Of a stretch of 64,000 nt of DNA, positions 60,358-64,000 are shown in pieces. The notes under the pieces are model-generated. The model saw nothing but the letters and a program-made list of their open reading frames with translations, was not told the origin of the DNA and did no database searches. Positions within the stretch are counted from its first letter, which is position 1; the number at the start of each line of letters is the position of its first letter. The stretch is taken from the NCBI GenBank assembly GCA_050951805.1, contig JBMNJT010000007.1, positions 1-64,000 of the forward strand. Direction: 5' to 3'. Source of the DNA: Bacillota bacterium. Its GTDB lineage: Bacteria; Bacillota; DTU025. The position numbers and the translations under genes were made by a program.

Positions 60358-61968
60358 TCAATGCTCAAGCACGTATGCTGTCGAGAAGTCGATGAAGCCC
60401 AGAGGCGATCTGAAAGCGCCCTTGATCCACGGCTTGATCACGGTCAGGTTGACATAGAAGTAGATCGGCATTATCGGCATCTCAGTCATGAGAATGGTCT
60501 CTGCGTCATGGAGCATCTTCGCACGCTTAGCTGTATTCAGCTCTGCCTGAGCTGCATAGATAAGCTCATCGTACTTCTTGCTGCCCCATCCCGTATCGTT
60601 GTTCCCGCCGCCGGTCACCCACATGTCGAGGAAGGTCATGGGATCAAGATAGTCACCAATCCAGCCTGCACGGGCCACCTCGTAGTTGAGCTGGGTGCGG
60701 GAATCGAGGTAGACCTGCCATTCCTGGTTGGTCAGCCTAACGTCGATCCCGAGGTTCTTCTTCCACATCTCCTGGATCGCCTCGGCGATCTTCTTATGGT
60801 TCTCGCTCGTGTTATATAGAATCGTCAACGTCGGGAAGCCTTTGCCATCCGGATATCCTGCTTCAGCAAGAAGCTTCTTTGCAGCAGCGAGATCTTCCTT
60901 GAAGTAATCCCCGCCAATCTTCCGGAAGTCCTTATCAGGCGTTGCATCGCCGAGCCCGTACGGCACATAGGCCAGTGCCGGAAGCTGTCCGCCCCTGACG
61001 ACACGGTCTATCAGAGTCTGACGGTCGATAGCCATGGTAAGAGCCTTGCGGACTCTCACGTCGTTGAGAGGCTTCTTAGTGACGTTGAACATGTAGTAGT
61101 AGGTTCCGATGTACTCCGACTTATGTAGTAACCCTTGCTTCTCGAGGCGTTCTATTTCTGCAGCAGGAGGCGCATCGAACCAATCCAGCTGACCGGTCTC
61201 AAACATCGAAAGAGCGGTCTGAATATCATCGACCAGATAGAGGTCGAGCCTTTCCATGCCAACCTTCTTCCTATTCCAATAGTGCGGGTTGGGCACCAGC
61301 TCGATCTTGGAGTTGTGCTGCCACGATACCATCTTGTAAGGGCCGTTTCCAATGTAGTTCTTGGGATTCTGGAACCACCCTTCAGGATCCGCCTCCACAA
61401 CCTTGCGGTAAACCGGCATCAAAGTTGGGAAGTTGCAGAGCTGAAGGAAGTAAGGGGTCGGATTCTCCAACACAACCTGGAGAGTGTAGTCGTTGACTGC
61501 CCTTACGCCAACCTTAGACGGGTCTTTCAGCTTTCCCTCGTTATACGGTCTTCCGTTCTTGATGTACCACAGCTGATATGCATACTCGGAAGCTGTCTCG
61601 GGCGCCAGTGCGCGCTTCCACGCCCATTCAAAGTCGTGGGCGGTTACAGGCTGCCCATTTGACCACTTTGTCTTGCGCAGCTTGAAGGTGTAGACAAGGC
61701 CATCCTTGCTGATCGTCCAGCTCTCCGCGATAGCTGGCTGAGGCACGTTGTTCTCGTCCATTCTCGTGAGGCCCTCAAAGCAGTTGAGCTCGATAATGGC
61801 CTCCGGGATTCCAGTGGACTTTGCCGGGTCAAGCGTCGACGGTTCTGTTCCCACATTGAAGCTGAGGATCTGCTTCTTGGCCAGTTTCTCTGCTGCAAAG
61901 CCAGTGGAGGCAATCAGCAGGACAGTCATGAAGCAAGCAAACCACAGTAGGGACTTACGAATCCGCAT
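60358..61968 (-). CDS. oppA: oligopeptide ABC transporter substrate-binding protein
   Basis: EPSTLDP, AESWTISKDGLVYTFKLR, NGPYKM, RAGWIGDYLDP; Sec signal peptide without a lipobox. Confidence 0.93.
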   Translation of the reverse strand: MRIRKSLLWFACFMTVLLIASTGFAAEKLAKKQILSFNVGTEPSTLDPAKSTGIPEAIIELNCFEGLTRMDENNVPQPAIAESWTISKDGLVYTFKLRKTKWSNGQPVTAHDFEWAWKRALAPETASEYAYQLWYIKNGRPYNEGKLKDPSKVGVRAVNDYTLQVVLENPTPYFLQLCNFPTLMPVYRKVVEADPEGWFQNPKNYIGNGPYKMVSWQHNSKIELVPNPHYWNRKKVGMERLDLYLVDDIQTALSMFETGQLDWFDAPPAAEIERLEKQGLLHKSEYIGTYYYMFNVTKKPLNDVRVRKALTMAIDRQTLIDRVVRGGQLPALAYVPYGLGDATPDKDFRKIGGDYFKEDLAAAKKLLAEAGYPDGKGFPTLTILYNTSENHKKIAEAIQEMWKKNLGIDVRLTNQEWQVYLDSRTQLNYEVARAGWIGDYLDPMTFLDMWVTGGGNNDTGWGSKKYDELIYAAQAELNTAKRAKMLHDAETILMTEMPIMPIYFYVNLTVIKPWIKGAFRSPLGFIDFSTAYVLEH

Positions 61969-62067
61969 ACGAAACGACCTCCCTCATTTTTTGGCTTCCG
62001 GGCAGGTATTCCAGTTTCGGGAATAAGCCGGGATACCCGTTACCCTGACATGGTTATTAAATGCAGT

Positions 62068-62092
62068 ATTCGCTCTAACAAGTGATAATCCT
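62068..62092 (-). promoter_or_regulatory. putative sigmaH promoter of the opp operon
   Basis: Minus strand gcAGGAtt...GAAT with N17 spacing, a close consensus match. Confidence 0.6.
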
Positions 62093-62187
62093 GCCAGCTA
62101 TCCTTATGTAATAGCGGACCCTTATTTACACAGACTAGGTGCTTAGGGCCATACTATTGGTACACATACTGGAAAGCTGGTGTTACA

Positions 62188-62628
62188 ATGGGTATCTTCA
62201 ATCCAGCCCTTGCCATAGCCGCGGGAAGCGGAATAGCAATGGCTTTTCAAGGCGCCGTGAATTCTACTGCTGCAAAAACAATTGGACTTTGGGAGACTAC
62301 TTTCGTGGTCTTGGCCTCCGGAGCGCTCCTCGCCGGAGCAGGACTAGCGGCAGGGCTCAACAGTGGAGGCCTTGCGCGATTAGGCGCTGCCCCATGGTGG
62401 AGCCTCCTTGGCGGACCCGTTGGACCATTAATCACAATCGCAGTGGCTTACGGAATCCGAAAGCTTGGCGCCGTAAACGCCACAACAGCGATCATAGTAG
62501 GCCAAATCGGGATGGCCGCGATCATAGACCACATGGGTTGGTTCGGCGTCAGGCCAATCGCCTTCAGCCCCATCAAAATACTAGGACTTACGCTGCTTAC
62601 TGTAGGAGCCAGAATACTTCTAAGCTAG
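62188..62628 (+). CDS. DMT superfamily inner-membrane exporter (YdcZ-like)
   Basis: AFQGAVN, PWWSLLGG, GQIGMAAIIDHMGWFG. Confidence 0.85.
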   Translation: MGIFNPALAIAAGSGIAMAFQGAVNSTAAKTIGLWETTFVVLASGALLAGAGLAAGLNSGGLARLGAAPWWSLLGGPVGPLITIAVAYGIRKLGAVNATTAIIVGQIGMAAIIDHMGWFGVRPIAFSPIKILGLTLLTVGARILLS

Positions 62629-63558
62629 ATCCAGGGCCTCGCGACTTCGAGCACCCACACGGGAGACAGCTGTCGCGCCGAGTTGGTTGCCGCGGGCAAG
62701 ACTGGCGGCAAGTCCCTCACCATGGGAGTAGGCCATCACAAAACCCGCTCCAAAAGCATCGCCGGCGCCGGTAGTGTCCACCACTTCAGTGGGGATCGGA
62801 GGCAGCCGAATCGGCTCAGGTTCATGCCGTGATACGCCAAGACAGCCGCCCGCTCCAAGCTTGAGAGCGACCACAGGGAAGTACTCTACAAGGCTGTTGG
62901 CAATATCTAGCGGATCAGAGAATCCGGTCATGGCACGACCCTCATCTAGGTTTGGCAAGATGACCGTCGCGCCGGCACATAGTTTGAGGAAATCACTCCT
63001 TCCTACGGCATTGATAAAGGAATAGGCGGCTGGGTCCACTGATACGGGAATGCCTGCCGCTAAAGACGTTTCCATGGCCCGACGGGCCGCTCTGGCCGGA
63101 CCAGGCTCGAAGAACGCGTATCCCGATATGTGCAGCCATTGCGCCTGCCTGATAACCTCCTCCGGGATGTCATCAGGAGACAAGCGGGTATTAGCGCGCC
63201 TATCGCAGATCATGTCGCGTTCGCCGTCCTCCGAGACGATCACCCCAACTCGTCCAGTGCCACACTGAGGATCAAATACAATGAAGGGCTGGACTCCTTC
63301 AGATTCCAGCTCCTCTGCCAGGGCGTGGCCGAGGAAATCATTCCCCACACGGCCTATGAACCCAGATGCGTGACCATGGCGAGCCACCCAGACGGCAAAG
63401 TTCGCAGCCGACCCACCGGACGCAAGTTCAACACGGCCGATAGTGTCGGTACGAGGGTGGCGCGAATTGGGTGTGAAAAAATATGCGTCTATCATAACAT
63501 CACCAAGACTAAGTATCAAGTGCTTTTTCCTCCTAATCTGCATCTTTTCTTTGTTCAT
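62620..63558 (-). CDS. PfkB family carbohydrate kinase
   Basis: GGSAANFA, GRVGNDFLG, PNLDE, DTTGAGDAF. Confidence 0.92.
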   Translation of the reverse strand: MNKEKMQIRRKKHLILSLGDVMIDAYFFTPNSRHPRTDTIGRVELASGGSAANFAVWVARHGHASGFIGRVGNDFLGHALAEELESEGVQPFIVFDPQCGTGRVGVIVSEDGERDMICDRRANTRLSPDDIPEEVIRQAQWLHISGYAFFEPGPARAARRAMETSLAAGIPVSVDPAAYSFINAVGRSDFLKLCAGATVILPNLDEGRAMTGFSDPLDIANSLVEYFPVVALKLGAGGCLGVSRHEPEPIRLPPIPTEVVDTTGAGDAFGAGFVMAYSHGEGLAASLARGNQLGATAVSRVGARSREALDLA

Positions 63559-63795
63559 GTACTATAAATAGCCACGTGTATGCATACACGGACATTGTGT
63601 ACTCATGCGGGCCCGCATACGGTTTGTCCCAATTTCGGGTTGATGCTTTCCGCCCAAAGCCCTATCTTAAGACATTGAACTAGCACTTACAGCACGAGAT
63701 CCAAACCTGCCGCCGACCAACTGCTCCCCTATTTCATTAGCCCGATACTCACCTCGTTCACCTGGCGAATACCACATATGGTCTGCTCTGCGAAG

Positions 63796-64000
63796 TCAAG
63801 AGGTTGACCCCAGGGCATCAAAGAGAACAACTTTCGCCGCATGCTCATCCCTCATAAAGCCATAGGATACCACTCGCCAGAACCACGATACATATCTGAG
63901 CAGATACTTGGTGGATACGCCGCAGAACCGTCTCATCCAGTTCCGAAACTCGTATATCAACCACCTAGCATTGTTCGAATGAAAGAGCGGGTGCATTAAC
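63796..64000 (-). CDS. C-terminal part of an IS1595-like transposase-domain protein, cut by the window edge
   Basis: FRNWMRRFCGVSTKYLLRYVSWF resembles the IS1595 C-terminal motif LKxWxxRFxGVATKYLxxYLxWF. Confidence 0.5.
   Translation of the reverse strand, partial: LMHPLFHSNNARWLIYEFRNWMRRFCGVSTKYLLRYVSWFWRVVSYGFMRDEHAAKVVLFDALGSTS

Overview
A 64 kb chromosomal window from a moderately high-GC, endospore-forming Firmicute (Bacillota). It is probably diderm, since both solute-binding proteins have cleavable non-lipoprotein signal peptides. The right half (36-62 kb) is the conserved ispE-ridA-spoVG-glmU-prs-pth-mfd-spoVT-yabM-mazG-yabP-yabQ-divIC-yabR region, plus an opp operon and tRNA-Gln/tRNA-Leu. 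The left part (0-22 kb) holds mixed accessory and housekeeping genes: a YtrA-type ABC operon, MoeB-like protein, tdh, L,D-transpeptidase, lysA, GH84, galE, two MCPs and an HD-GYP protein. The most notable feature is a minus-strand operon (34.8-24.1 kb) encoding a GntR/UTRA regulator, an archaeal-type cyclic 2,3-diphosphoglycerate synthetase (cpgS), an AfuABC/FbpABC-type ABC importer and a circularly permuted cofactor-independent phosphoglycerate mutase with altered substrate-site residues. I read it as a candidate system for importing and using cDPG/2,3-DPG. The locus also carries three copies of one class C-like group II intron: two full-length copies in inverted orientation, and an ORF-less 865 nt derivative fused head-to-tail to one of them inside the operon. 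A decayed 131 bp copy of part of the mutase gene lies 10 kb away, upstream of the operon. All calls come from reading motifs by eye; no database searches were run.
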